The notes under the pieces: generated by a model
What the model saw: the letters and a program-made list of their open reading frames with translations, nothing else
Told to the model about the DNA's origin: nothing
The model's database searches: none
In this document: positions 50,290 to 61,810 of the stretch, in pieces
Numbering within the stretch: position 1 is the stretch's first letter
Layout of the letters: every line of letters begins with the position of its first letter
Source: Epiperipatus broadwayi
Lineage: Eukaryota; Animalia; Onychophora
Assembly: GCA_028023455.1 (NCBI GenBank)
Contig: JAQFVV010000006.1
Span: 13,516,001-13,580,000, forward strand
DNA: 64,000 nucleotides
Direction of reading: 5' to 3'
Program-made: the position numbers and the translations under genes

Positions 50290-50748
50290 ATTTCCACCTT
50301 TATTGTTAAATGGAGGTTGCCTTGCCAACAGATTGGGATGGTTGATATTGATATTGGTGTAGTTTAAATGTTGACTGCTTTCAACCAACAATCTCAATCT
50401 GTTGTCAAGGTAACCTTTATAATTAAAAGGAGGTTTTCTCGACAACAAATTGAGATTGTTGATTGTTATTAATATTGGTATTGTTTCAGTGTTGACTGCT
50501 TTCAACCAACAATCTCAATCTGTTGTCAAGGTAACTTATTGTTAAAAGGAAGTTGCCTTGACAACAGATTGCGATTGTTGATTGTTATTAGTATTGTTAT
50601 TGTTTAAGAGTTGACTGCTTTCAACCAACAATCTCAATCTGTTGTTAAGGTAACCTCCTTTATTGTTAAATAGAGGTTGCCTTGACAACAGATTGCGATT
50701 GTTGATTGTTATTGATATTAGGGTAGTTTAAGTGTTGACTGCTTTCAT
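50290..50748. repeat. Tandem array of ~120-bp units, each containing a ~32-bp-stem hairpin
   Basis: GTTGACTGCTTTC at 50370, 50491, 50610 and 50734; hairpin CAACAATCTCAATCTGTTGTCAAGGTAAC-loop-GTTGCCTTGACAACAGATTG.GATTGTTG. Confidence 0.88.
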
Positions 50749-53700
50749 GTATTTATATTCTTTAGTAAAGCAAGAATGTTTATTGTAAAAAAAAAAAAAA
50801 AAAGGTCAAATGTACAATGAAATGTATAAATATATATAATTAATGTAATCATGTGAACAAATCTTAGCACTCTTTTGCTAAACTCTGTTCATTGTAAAAA
50901 CCAAACCAATTTTTTTCACTATAATAATTATGTTTCAGGTAGTGAATATATTGTCAAGTTTGCTGCAGATTTGAACACTTAGAATTATATTAGAATAACA
51001 ATATGTATGACCTCTTATATTAATACATGTTTTGCAGATCTTTTTATTTTATCATACGAATTTTATAAGCACAATCATAATTAAGTATTACATCCAAATC
51101 AGCTTCATAACATTAAACACGTACTATGTATTGAACAAAATATCTGTTAAAGGAAAAGGCTATAAGTCTATTTTAGAATAGTCACAGCTGTTCATGTCTC
51201 CAGCATACCTAACAGTATACATATTATATGAAACATTATTATGTAATACAAAAGATTAGTTTGCTAATTATAAATGAAGCAAACAACTTAAGGACATTAA
51301 TGCTTCTCTAGATCTGTCTTCAAAGATTCATTGCATACCTAATTGTATGGATAATCGCACCATCTTGTTGAAACCTGTATTGCTTTTCATTTTCTTCTTA
51401 GAAAAGAAAATTGTAAAATATTTGTCAGAGACTTTTTGCGCCACTATATATAAAGGATTTTTCTTAATTTATCTAAATGTATTTCCAAAAATTAAATGAC
51501 ATATTATTGTCGTTTGTTGAAATTTAAATCACAGTTCCTGTTCATTAAGTTAATTTTGACTCCGATTTAGCAGCTAAATGCTTTTTTTTTTTTTTCAAAT
51601 AAAATGTATGTTCTGGGAAAATGTTGATATCAAAAATCTTGGGCATTATCTTTTAATTAAATAACATGGTCTAAATATCAAAGAATGAAATATCTTTATT
51701 TTTTTGACACTTTTAAGTAAAATTGGCTTAATAAAACAATCCTGTTTTTTTTATCTTAATAATGATGACTCTTTATCAAAAAAGACATAATACTGAATTG
51801 GCTATTGCAAAAAGCATAAAAAAAATATGTGTATATGCAAGATGTCAGAAAATAATTTATGTATGCTTTAACATATCATTCACAAAATTCAGCTTATGGT
51901 CAGGATTGTGTGGGGCCTTTATCAGTCTTCGAGTATAGTTCTAATTTGCTTGCTTTAAAATTCAATTACATTGGTTTTACAAGCCAGCTTGTTAGACAGG
52001 TCTCGAATGATCTCCCTTTTAAATGTTCAACCAATCAATCAAAGCTAGTCATGATTTAAAAAATAGAATTGTTATAATGTTCCAAACAAATTTTCCAGAT
52101 CCAGCAATAAAACCAACTGGATTTGATCCTCTTAGCAGCAACTGCCATTTCATTGACGCTTTCAGAGCAATCAATGATCATTGCTCTCTTCGTGGAATTT
52201 ATCAACCAGTCTATGTAAATATCAGCAAGCAATAAAATACAAGCTATGAATCAGACGATTCTATAGTTATAGGGGCCCAATTGAAAGACTTAATAAAGCC
52301 ATTGGTGAATTTATCTCCTAGTTAGAATCTCTACAGATTCCTTTACAATAAATTGTTAATGGTTAAATTGTCAAAAAATCCATACATAAAATAAACAAAC
52401 AGGTTTTTTAATGTTTGTTATAAAAGTTGCAACACGTCTTGATATCTCGTTTTGGTGATGGTACACAGTACCTTCGGCTTCAAACTTCTTAATGATATAT
52501 AAAATTTTGAGATGTTATTATTTATGAGTGTAACATTTATTTTTAAACTGTCTCTGGATTCTATTGATATTTTCTGGGTCATATGCTGCATTTTTACGCT
52601 CGGAATCTAAAAAAGAAAATAAAAATTATTAAAAAAACAGTGTAATTGAGGACAGTTATGAAATGCTTTATGCCAGATTTGGAGGTACATTAGGAATGGA
52701 AAGATTTTCTTGGCTTGATCTTCTATTGAGTAATATATTTTTATTGCATATTGGTTCAAAAATGATAATTACTAACATATTTTCTGTGGCCATCTTGAAT
52801 TATAGAAATCATTTGCCCATTTAACTATTAGTACATAGGATATGCGCATTTACATTAAGGTATAAATAGTTAAAAGATCTTATGGTAAAGAACGTTAGAA
52901 GGAAAAATGAACCAGGAAAGTTGTGACATGGAAACATCTGGTGTTTGAAGACTGTTATAAAAGAAGCCATAGAAAAAACTTGTGAAGATGATAATATAGA
53001 TATGGTGCTTATCATATTTAATTGCTTTACCAATAAATCACAAACAGCGCTCATAGTATCCTGACAAAAAGTAGATAACTTGAATTAACAAGATCAGTTT
53101 TTGTGATATAGAAGCAGGTAGTAGTTCCAATTTGAATATATTCTGGCTGACCATTTTAGAAGTATATAGTTTAGAAGGACTTATGTTTCTCACAAGTTAT
53201 TATTGCAATAATTCACTTAATTTACCCTATACCAGAGCCATCTACTGTAAGCTTAAGTAATTAATGGTCATACGATAGTACTGCTATAATCCATATACAA
53301 TGTAAAAGATTATAAGATGACTTTTAGATACATAGATGCACATAATCCAAAGCTCATTAACAATGGACCATTAGTCAAAACCTACTCTGGATATGGAGTT
53401 TTCTAAAATGTGAACAACGATGCAATGTTTATTCATTTGCAATCGAAGCTAAACAAGCGTTCAGATTTTGATGATAAACAGACCCATAAACTCATCTGGG
53501 ACAAAACTTTAGAATGCTGCCGTCATTCTTGGTTGCAGTGAAAAATACTAATAGACTTCTACCTTCTATTTCTGATATCTAAGCCCAAAAAAATGAAAAA
53601 TTTTCAAATGAATTTTATATGTGTCTGTGTCTGTAGTCTCAAAAACCTGTCCACAACAATTCTAAGTTATGAAGGGTGACAGGGGAACATATTTTGTTAA

Positions 53701-54609
53701 ATTTATTGGACAAAGAAGTGCTTTTCTTTATAAAGTTATCCACATAAATGATAGTGTCAAAAATGAAATATTATTTTACTTATATATTACTTACACCACC
53801 AGTAATTTCTCTGTGATATATTGTGATTTCCATTTTTTTCTCTTTTGTTTTCTAGCATTTTATTCTTTGTCTTTTCTTTTTTGTTTTGACTTAGAATGGT
53901 GGTACTTGCTTACACCAATCGCTGCTAATGGTGATCGTTACTTTCTAAAGATCACTAGACAACCGGAAAAGAAGAGACTTACTGAATAAACATTAGTCAG
54001 TGTAAAAAGCCACTTCTAAATGAATATGGACATTGCAACATAAAAAAAAACAATTGTATTCTATTCTCAAATATATTTCTTGAGTTTGTAGCTTTCCTGG
54101 CATGATATAAAACAAGAGTAGCTATCTGCTCTAGCGCCATCTATAATGGGCTTGAGTAATCTGATGATAATTGATTTCTCGGAGCTATTTACAGATGGAG
54201 GTGAAGCAAAGATTTGATCTTGTTTATTCTCATACATACATGCATACTGGGAAAAAATAAATGGAGTTAGAATTACAGTTTGCATGATTAAAAACTGGAA
54301 ATGTGGTTACACATACTATTCCACTTTTATGATCAATGCAAAGAGACGATATGAAAGGCCTACTGTGATCAGCTCTCTCCTAATCTAAATGACTGAAAAT
54401 AGTACGGTAAAAAAATTTATATTAAAGAGAATAAGAGGAAAAGCATATTGAGGAGACCAGAAATGATGTTTATATGGGAAATAGTACTAATATTATGAAG
54501 AGAAGGCAAATCACTGGGAAGATCAATTGTTTTTATCGATTCTGAAATGACCATTTGCTTAGTTTGTTTACTTCCTCTTAGTTTAGCAAACTTAACTATA
54601 TACTGATTA

Positions 54610-55558
54610 AACCAGACAAAACTCTCCATACAGTAATGTCACTCAGTGCAAGCCAAAGTAATCAATGGATGCAAGAAAGTTTGCGCATAAAATCCCTACC
54701 TAGTGCCTGCTCATCCAATATCCCTAGATTAGTTTCTAACTTGTGGCTTTCAGCAGTGAGAAGTCTTGGATCTGAGAGCACTGCATCTAGATCTTAGGAT
54801 CTATTGCAACCCTCCAGCAGCCACCCTTTACCTCTTTACTTTACTTAACTACAGAACTATGAATTCAAAATTGAAAACCAATAATATTTTCAATCCAAGC
54901 TCCTTAGCTTATATAATCATATAGGTCTGAACTCAGTTCAGTACTCATACATTTTGATGGCTTTGATTCTTTAATTACCATAGCCACCACTATCCTATTA
55001 GGCAGGGTGGATATTAAACTACTAAACATCACATGATCACCATTTCTTATGCTTGCTCAGCTGTTAAAACAGGCAAAACTCTCCATACATTAGTGGTGAT
55101 CATATGATGTTTAGTGGTGTAATACTAATCCTGCCTAATATGATAGTGATGGCTATGGTTATTAAAGAACCAAAGATACCCAAATGTATGGATACTGAAC
55201 TGATTTCAGACCTATATGATTATATAAGCTAGTGAGCTTGGTTTGAAAATATTGTGTTTTCAATTTCAGACTCATAGCTTTGTAATTAAGTAGAGATAAA
55301 AGGTGGCTACAGGAGGGTTGCATTAGATCTTAAGATCTAGGTGCAGTGCTCTCATATCCAAAGCTCATCACTGATAAAAGCCACAGGCTAGAAGAAACTA
55401 GATGGGATATTGGATGAGTAGGCACTAGATAGAAATTTTATGCACAAACCTTCTTGTATCCATTGATTACTCTGTTTTGCACTGAGTGGCCATACTGTAG
55501 GGAGAGTTTTGTCTGTTTTAACAGCTTGAGCAAGCATAAGAAATGGTGATCATGTGAT
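54610..55558. mobile_element. Family R: two over-unit-length monomers head-to-head
   Basis: Reverse copy: CAAAACTCTCCATAC at 54617 and 55074 (period 457). Forward copy: GGTGATCAT at 55095 and 55545 (period 450). Confidence 0.9.
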
Positions 55559-55624
55559 ATATACAGGTTAATATAAAATGTGTGTAATTCACCAAAAAAA
55601 ATTAATCTTTCTGTATTTTTTTTT

Positions 55625-56708
55625 GGTAGTTGTAACTTACGCCACATGTGGCCGCTGGGTGATGCTGCAGTACCACCAACGAGCCACAAGAAGCATGCAA
55701 GTGATAAATTTTTTTTCAAAAATGGCTGAAATCATCAATGGGGGGGGGAAGTAAAAAATCGTTGAAATCATCAATGGAAAAAAAACCACTCAAATCATAA
55801 AAAAATGCCCAAGGCAATCAAACAAATACGTCGAAAATACAAATTATAAAAAAAAACACAACAAAGTGCTATAAAATTCAAATTAAAAAAACAGAAATGG
55901 TTGAAAGTAGCAAACAAACAACAAATCGACAAATTGAAATGACTAAATCGCACAAATCATCGATGGAACCAAAAATAAATAAAAAAATCCCTTCAAATTA
56001 TCGATGGAACAATAAATAAAAAAAAACCCTCAAATCGAGAAAATGCTATAAAATTCCAATTAAAAAAAAACAGATATCGGGGAAAATATGACCCCCCTCC
56101 CAATCAACAATTTGTCACTTCTGAGGCAATGTATATCAAACAAATACCTCGAAAATAAAACAACCCCAACAAAATGATATAAAATTCAAATTAAAAAAAC
56201 AGAAATGGTTGAAAGTAGAAAACAATCGACAAATTGAAATGACTAAATCAAATGAACAACAATGGAGGAACGCGGGAAAATCGAAATGGACAAATTGAAA
56301 TGACTAAATCACACAAATCATCGATGTTTCTGTTTTTTTTAATTTAAATTTTATAGCACTTTGTTGTGGTTTTTTTTTATAATTTGAATTTTCAATGTAT
56401 TTGTTTGATTGCCTCGGGTATTTTTTTTTTATGATTTGAGTGGGTTTTTTTTCATCGATGATTTTAGCGATTTCTTAATTTTTTTTTTTATAATTTGTAC
56501 TTTCAATGTATTTGTTTGATTGCCTTGGGCATTTTTTTTTATAATTTTAGTGTTTTTTTCCATCAATGATTTCAGCAGTTTTTTATTTTTTCCATCGACA
56601 ATTTCAGCCAATTTTGAATAGAAATTTATCACTTGCATGCTTTTCGCAGCTTGTTGATGATACTGCAGCATCGCCTAGAGGCCACATGTGGCATAAGTTA
56701 CAACAACC
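55625..56708. mobile_element. 1.08-kb foldback-like element with GGTAG-type termini
   Basis: GGTAGTTGTAACTTACGCCACATGTGGCC / GGCCACATGTGGCATAAGTTACAACAACC; shares GCAAGTGATAAATTT with the 43861 family; internal A-rich repeats. Confidence 0.85.
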
Positions 56709-56987
56709 TTTTTTTTTAATATGAATTTATTCCATGCTAAGAGTAAATCGGTTCTCAGACCAAATAGTTGGCACCATTGCCTACCTTTTCTATATAATGA
56801 ATTTTAAGATCTCAAATTTAGAGTTCTATTTTAAAACAATGAAATCTCTCACATTATTCGTTTGAATTGTTATTGTTGTTAGGATAATTAAGAAATAGAG
56901 AATATTATTTAATTTTATATATGATCTGTTTCTCTCCATTAGTACATATCCTTCAAACCATTTTAAGTTATTACATATATTTTACAG

Positions 56988-57049
56988 GCCAGATGGTGCC
57001 AGGTACCAAAAATTTCGAAACCAGTTTATGCTGCACCAATTATACATGA
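56988..57049 (+). CDS. TMEM120: TMEM120 homologue, coding exon
   Basis: ttttacag|G...A|gtaaga; PDGARYQKFRNQFMLHQLYM; 62 bp, phase 2 to 1. Confidence 0.96.
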
Positions 57050-57294
57050 GTAAGAAACTTTTTCTGTTTGTTTTGGAGTATGTGTCGGAGTGTACATTTG
57101 AAAATGATTGTTGGTAAATGAATAATTTTCAAAATATATACATCCTGCAAATACAATAACGTATTACACCTGAAATAAATAAATCCCGTTTTTCAAACTG
57201 CATAATATTTTACGCTAACAGTACACATTCTTAAATAGTGATGTGAGCCACTAATATGTAAATTTAACATTCCTCATACTTCCAAGTTTAATTA

Positions 57295-59113
57295 TTGGGT
57301 TGTTTTCTCATCCTTGGTGTTCGCCTTAAGATGTCGCTACTTCTAGGTAAATTCCTAGAAATATACCGTTTCACCGGCCTTCACCCAACCAAAGAGGAAT
57401 TTTTCTACGTTATAAACGCAGAAAAGTCCTCACATGATGTTGGACGGAGGAGGCGGCGACAGAAGCCAACACAAAGAGACTTCTTTCTATGATAAAACAC
57501 AGAAAGAGTTCCCGACGGTTGCCGGTTATGGCTTTTTTTCTATGCTAAAAGCAAGAGAAAGAAATGCCTTGATAGGCTGCCGTAGTAGTCGATTTTGTTC
57601 ATCATTTTCTCGTAATAGTAGAATATCTATTCTCTCTGTAGTTTCGGGTGAGAGTGTGTGTATTTGAAGCGGTCGTATTTTTTTAAAATTTGATAAGACG
57701 TCTCTGTTTTTTAATGTGTTGTAACTTACTTTACTGTTGTAAGTTTAGTAATAATGTCCTGAAGATTCCATTACGAAGGGGTAACCCTCAAAAATTGCTT
57801 TTAAGGGTGCGAAAGGAAAAAAAAATTAAATGATCACGCGAAAAGTACCGTTTTCGCGAGAATTCGTCCATGATTAGTTACTTTCGCTATATATATATAC
57901 GCACAAACAAAAACAACCCACTGTCTAATTATTAGGAATTACTTGTCCGAAAAATAAAATTAGTCGGGTATTATTTTTTTTTTTGTTTTGTTACATTTAT
58001 TATTTCAAAATAATTTATTATTTCAAAATAAGATTAGTTTTTATATCTACACACTAACAAAAACAACCCAGTTCCTGATTAATTACTGTCTTTAAAAAAA
58101 AAAAAGCAAATTCAACGGGGTTTGATTTTTTTCAATGGAGTCTTTGAATTACGATTTGTTTGTTTTTATATATACACAAGATTTACCAAAAAAAAAAAGA
58201 AACCCACTTTCTGATTAATTACTGTCAAAAGAAACGCAAATTAGTCGGCTATCATTTTTAAATTTAGTATTTCAATAACGGTACCCTTTTTATATAGACA
58301 GACTTAACAAAAAACAACCCACTTTCTGATTCATTACTGTCCCCCCAAAAAAAAAAGAAAACAGAAATTAGTCGGGTATCATTTTTCAGTCGAATCTTTT
58401 AATGACGGTACTTACTAATAATAGTAGTCGGGTATCAATTCTAAATTGTAGTATATAAATTACGTTACTTTTGATAGATTTAGAATTACATCTTTCTTTT
58501 TTAATAAAATGATTGATTTACTCTTGACCAAAAATACCGTAACTTTAAAAAAAAAGACACACATAAAATCCAAAAAAAAAAAAATGAGAAAAAGCCCCGT
58601 AACTTTAAAGACACACACAAACTCAAAAACAATCTAAGATTAATAAACATTGACTTATTACGCCTTGCTTTGGAATCAAATTATTGATTTACTCTTGCAA
58701 AAAAAATACTGTAACTTTAAAGACACATACACAAACTCAAAAACAAGATAAGATTAATAAACATTTACTTATTACGTCTTGCTTTTGAATAAAATTATTG
58801 ATTTATTCTTGCAAAAAAAAAAGAAAGACCGTAACTTTAAAACGGCACGTCAAGTCAAAAAAAATTAGAAAAACACCGTAACTTTAAAGACACACAAACT
58901 CAAAAACAAGATAAGATTAATAAACATTTACAAAAATGAAAAAAACTAATATCATATAATAGTTAGTAGAATATTTTATTACAAATCTAAGAAATCAGAT
59001 CTTTTTAGATCAAATCGATCATTTAGGTCCGGCCCGGAATTGTTATATGTATATGTTTTTGATTAGCATCAACGCCATCTTAAGGCGAACACCAAGGATG
59101 AGAATACAACCAA
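57295..59113. mobile_element. 1.8-kb non-autonomous TIR element with internal minisatellites
   Basis: TTGG(G)TTGT.TTCTCATCCTTGGTGTTCGCCTTAAGATG is inverted at ~59072-59113; possible TTA TSD; ~120-bp and ~125-bp internal repeats at 57900-58930. Confidence 0.8.
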
Positions 59114-60169
59114 TTATTGTAGTTATTGTTTTTTCTGTATTGAATATGTGTTTAGAGCACTAGGATATCTGACAATTTGGAGAACTGCTTGTAAATGAAA
59201 CGTTTTATGATAATTTAATTGTTGTTGTTTTTTAATTGCAATGATGTTTGTTTTGGCTCTGACGAGATTTGGTCGTATTTAAGAATTAAATTACTGGTGA
59301 ATAAAGAATACTTCTGCTATTTTAATTTATCATCATTTTTTTATAATAATAATTGTTTTGAGACTTATTAATCAAAATTTTTTTTATATATATAATTTCA
59401 TAAGTTTATACATTTGAGCAATACCTCCACTGAACTGTTGTTATTTATCCGCTTTGTTTTGATGTAAGACTGAATTACAGAAAATAAACATAAAATTTAT
59501 CTCGTTATTAGTGTCTACATAAACAAATATTATAAACGATAACTTCTTGTGTTAGAAATGTTGCTGTTTATCTCTTTCTGCGTAATATATGCGCCTAGTA
59601 ATTTATTTCCTGTTGTTCCCAAATATAATTACTCTTGACTTCAACTGTAGTCTGCTACAACTGCTTACACTTATTTTATTATTTAGTTGTAATTAATAAT
59701 TTATTAAGCGTGTACTCATTAAGTAAGTAATATATATTAAGCCTATAACCATAAGACTATGCGACAGTGGGGACCTCTACAAATCTTAACACAAGATTAA
59801 CGACTTAAAAGACAAAACTTATTCTTAAATGTAAAAAGACAAAACTTATGCTTAAATGGAAAGTTGATTATAAAAAAAATAATTCTACTCAATAATTATT
59901 TTATCTCTTGCTTAATTTATTAAAAAATGCTTATGCATGTACATAATGTGTCCCAGTTAAAATGGAGACATTCTTTCTCCAAGCTGCTTGTAGTGCCATC
60001 TTGAATCATTGTATGTGTTGCTTATGGAAAAAAATAATTCTATTCGGTAAATATTTTATCTGTCGCTTGATTTACGGTATGTCCCAGTTATAACGGCGAA
60101 ATTCTCTCTTCAAGCTGCCTGCAGTGCCATCTCTGAATTAATGTAGCTATTATATAATGATATAGATTA

Positions 60170-60600
60170 GCTATTCACTATGAAAAATTTAAGGTGCTAG
60201 GGTATCTGGATCATGAGCTGTGACGTGAAATATGATTGTGTTTCGTTGATCAACCCACAATGGAATAATGTGTTAACATCAAGTTTTATTTTAAATGGGC
60301 AAACCCATTACTGAAATGTTAGAAATGATTCAGACTGCATGTATGAATCAAGTAACTAACCTTCACATGGTTCCAAGATTTTATAGTAGAAAGGAAAGCA
60401 TTGAAGGCAGTCTAAGAAGATGTGAAACACATTGTCACATTTTATGTCATAACTGATGATCCAGAAACGCTAACATCTCAAAATATTTTTGACAAGAAAC
60501 AAAACAATGTCTTTATGTAACACATGCGTTGATTCAGAGATGGCAATACACACTGTTTGGAGAGGAAAATCGGACACCATTTTTCTAGAACACATTATGT
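60170..60600 (+). pseudogene. Decayed mariner transposase N-terminus
   Basis: IKFYFK, then after a frameshift GKPITEMLEMIQTA...W...RKESIE (compare IKF.FKLGK..TET.EM...W..RF..GRESIED); two TIR-like copies at ~59950-60140. Confidence 0.55.
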
Positions 60601-60648
60601 GTATGCACATGTAAATATGTACAATGTTTATCTTTTGGTTTTTTTTAG

Positions 60649-60741
60649 GTTTTGTTCAACTTCTACAATTTAATTATCAACGAGGCTGTCTTTATCGTTT
60701 AAAAGCTCTTGGGGAACGGCACAATATGGATATAACAATTG
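60649..60741 (+). CDS. TMEM120: TMEM120 homologue, coding exon (gene continues beyond the window)
   Basis: tttttag|GT...G|gtatag; [30 protein letters not shown]; 93 bp, phase 1 to 1. Confidence 0.97.
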
Positions 60742-61534
60742 GTATAGTTTTTAGATAGCCTTTTTTTTTATGTATGTGTATTTGTTTGATTTAATAGGGA
60801 ATATGTGTACTGTATTTGTCTTTTTTTTTAAGGAAATCTTAATTTTGTATAAACGGCATTATGAATATGTGTTATTAAACAAAATTGTTGACCGACTGTG
60901 ATTTATTTTTTTTATTTTTGTGGCAGAGATTTTTTTTTGAAACAGACTTGTTTTCTGCAACTTGTGAATAATTGAATTATTGATTTGATTTACTTATAAT
61001 GGAATTGATTCATTTTAATCTCTGAATACGGTGATATAAAACTGTGCATAACTCTACATTAAAAGGGCTTACAATTTCTTCATTTATGATGTTTATCAAA
61101 CTCACCCTTTACAAATTAGACTGCTTATAGCAATTATAGGATCAAAGACATTAAGTTTCTTTTGGATACTTTTCTATACACTCCTGAGGAGTTCCATATC
61201 TTAATCAGTGCATCCTTAGAAATATATTTGATTAAAAAAAATAGAAACGTTTTTATTGTTATTTTCTACAATAAATAAAAATAATTACTTTATCTTTTTA
61301 AAGTAATTATATATTTTTTAAAATATCTTTAAATACACACGATATTAGCAATAACAACAAAAAATAGTATACTTAAACGAACAATGAAGATGTGAAATAG
61401 ACACGATATACGCTGATGATTGAGCTGACAATTCAAGGAATAATCCCTATTCAGTAGTGTTAGCTTAGATTTGAAATATTTTATATGTTTTTCAATTTGG
61501 GCTGATGACTTGATAGTAGAGGAGAGAAGTAAGT

Positions 61535-61650
61535 AATGGCTGCTAGAAGGAGGGTATATTAGATCCTAAAGGTCCAGGTGCACTGTTCTAAAATGTAAAA
61601 CTTCTCATTGATGAAAGGCATAAGTAAAGGAGCACTGGATCAGGATTTAT
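61535..61650 (+). mobile_element. Highly decayed family R copy
   Basis: GGCTGCT.GA.GG...ATTAGATCCTAA.G..CCAGGTGCA...CTCATTGATGAAAGGC. Confidence 0.5.
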
Positions 61651-61810
61651 TAGTATTGTCAGCGGCCATAGAAAAAGAATACAATGCTAAGTGATTATAG
61701 GATTGTTATTCTGCCAATGTTATCGTATAGAAACAGGAAATGAACTTCTTTATAGACATAACTAAAAGGCATTGAAAAGTATTTAGATAGCATAATGATA
61801 AAACCAATTA

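Noticed and set aside
50290-50748. CRISPR-like array (palindromic repeats with spacers)
   Set aside because: The linkers are homologous to each other rather than unique, the units are ~120 bp, the context is a eukaryotic intron and there are no cas genes.
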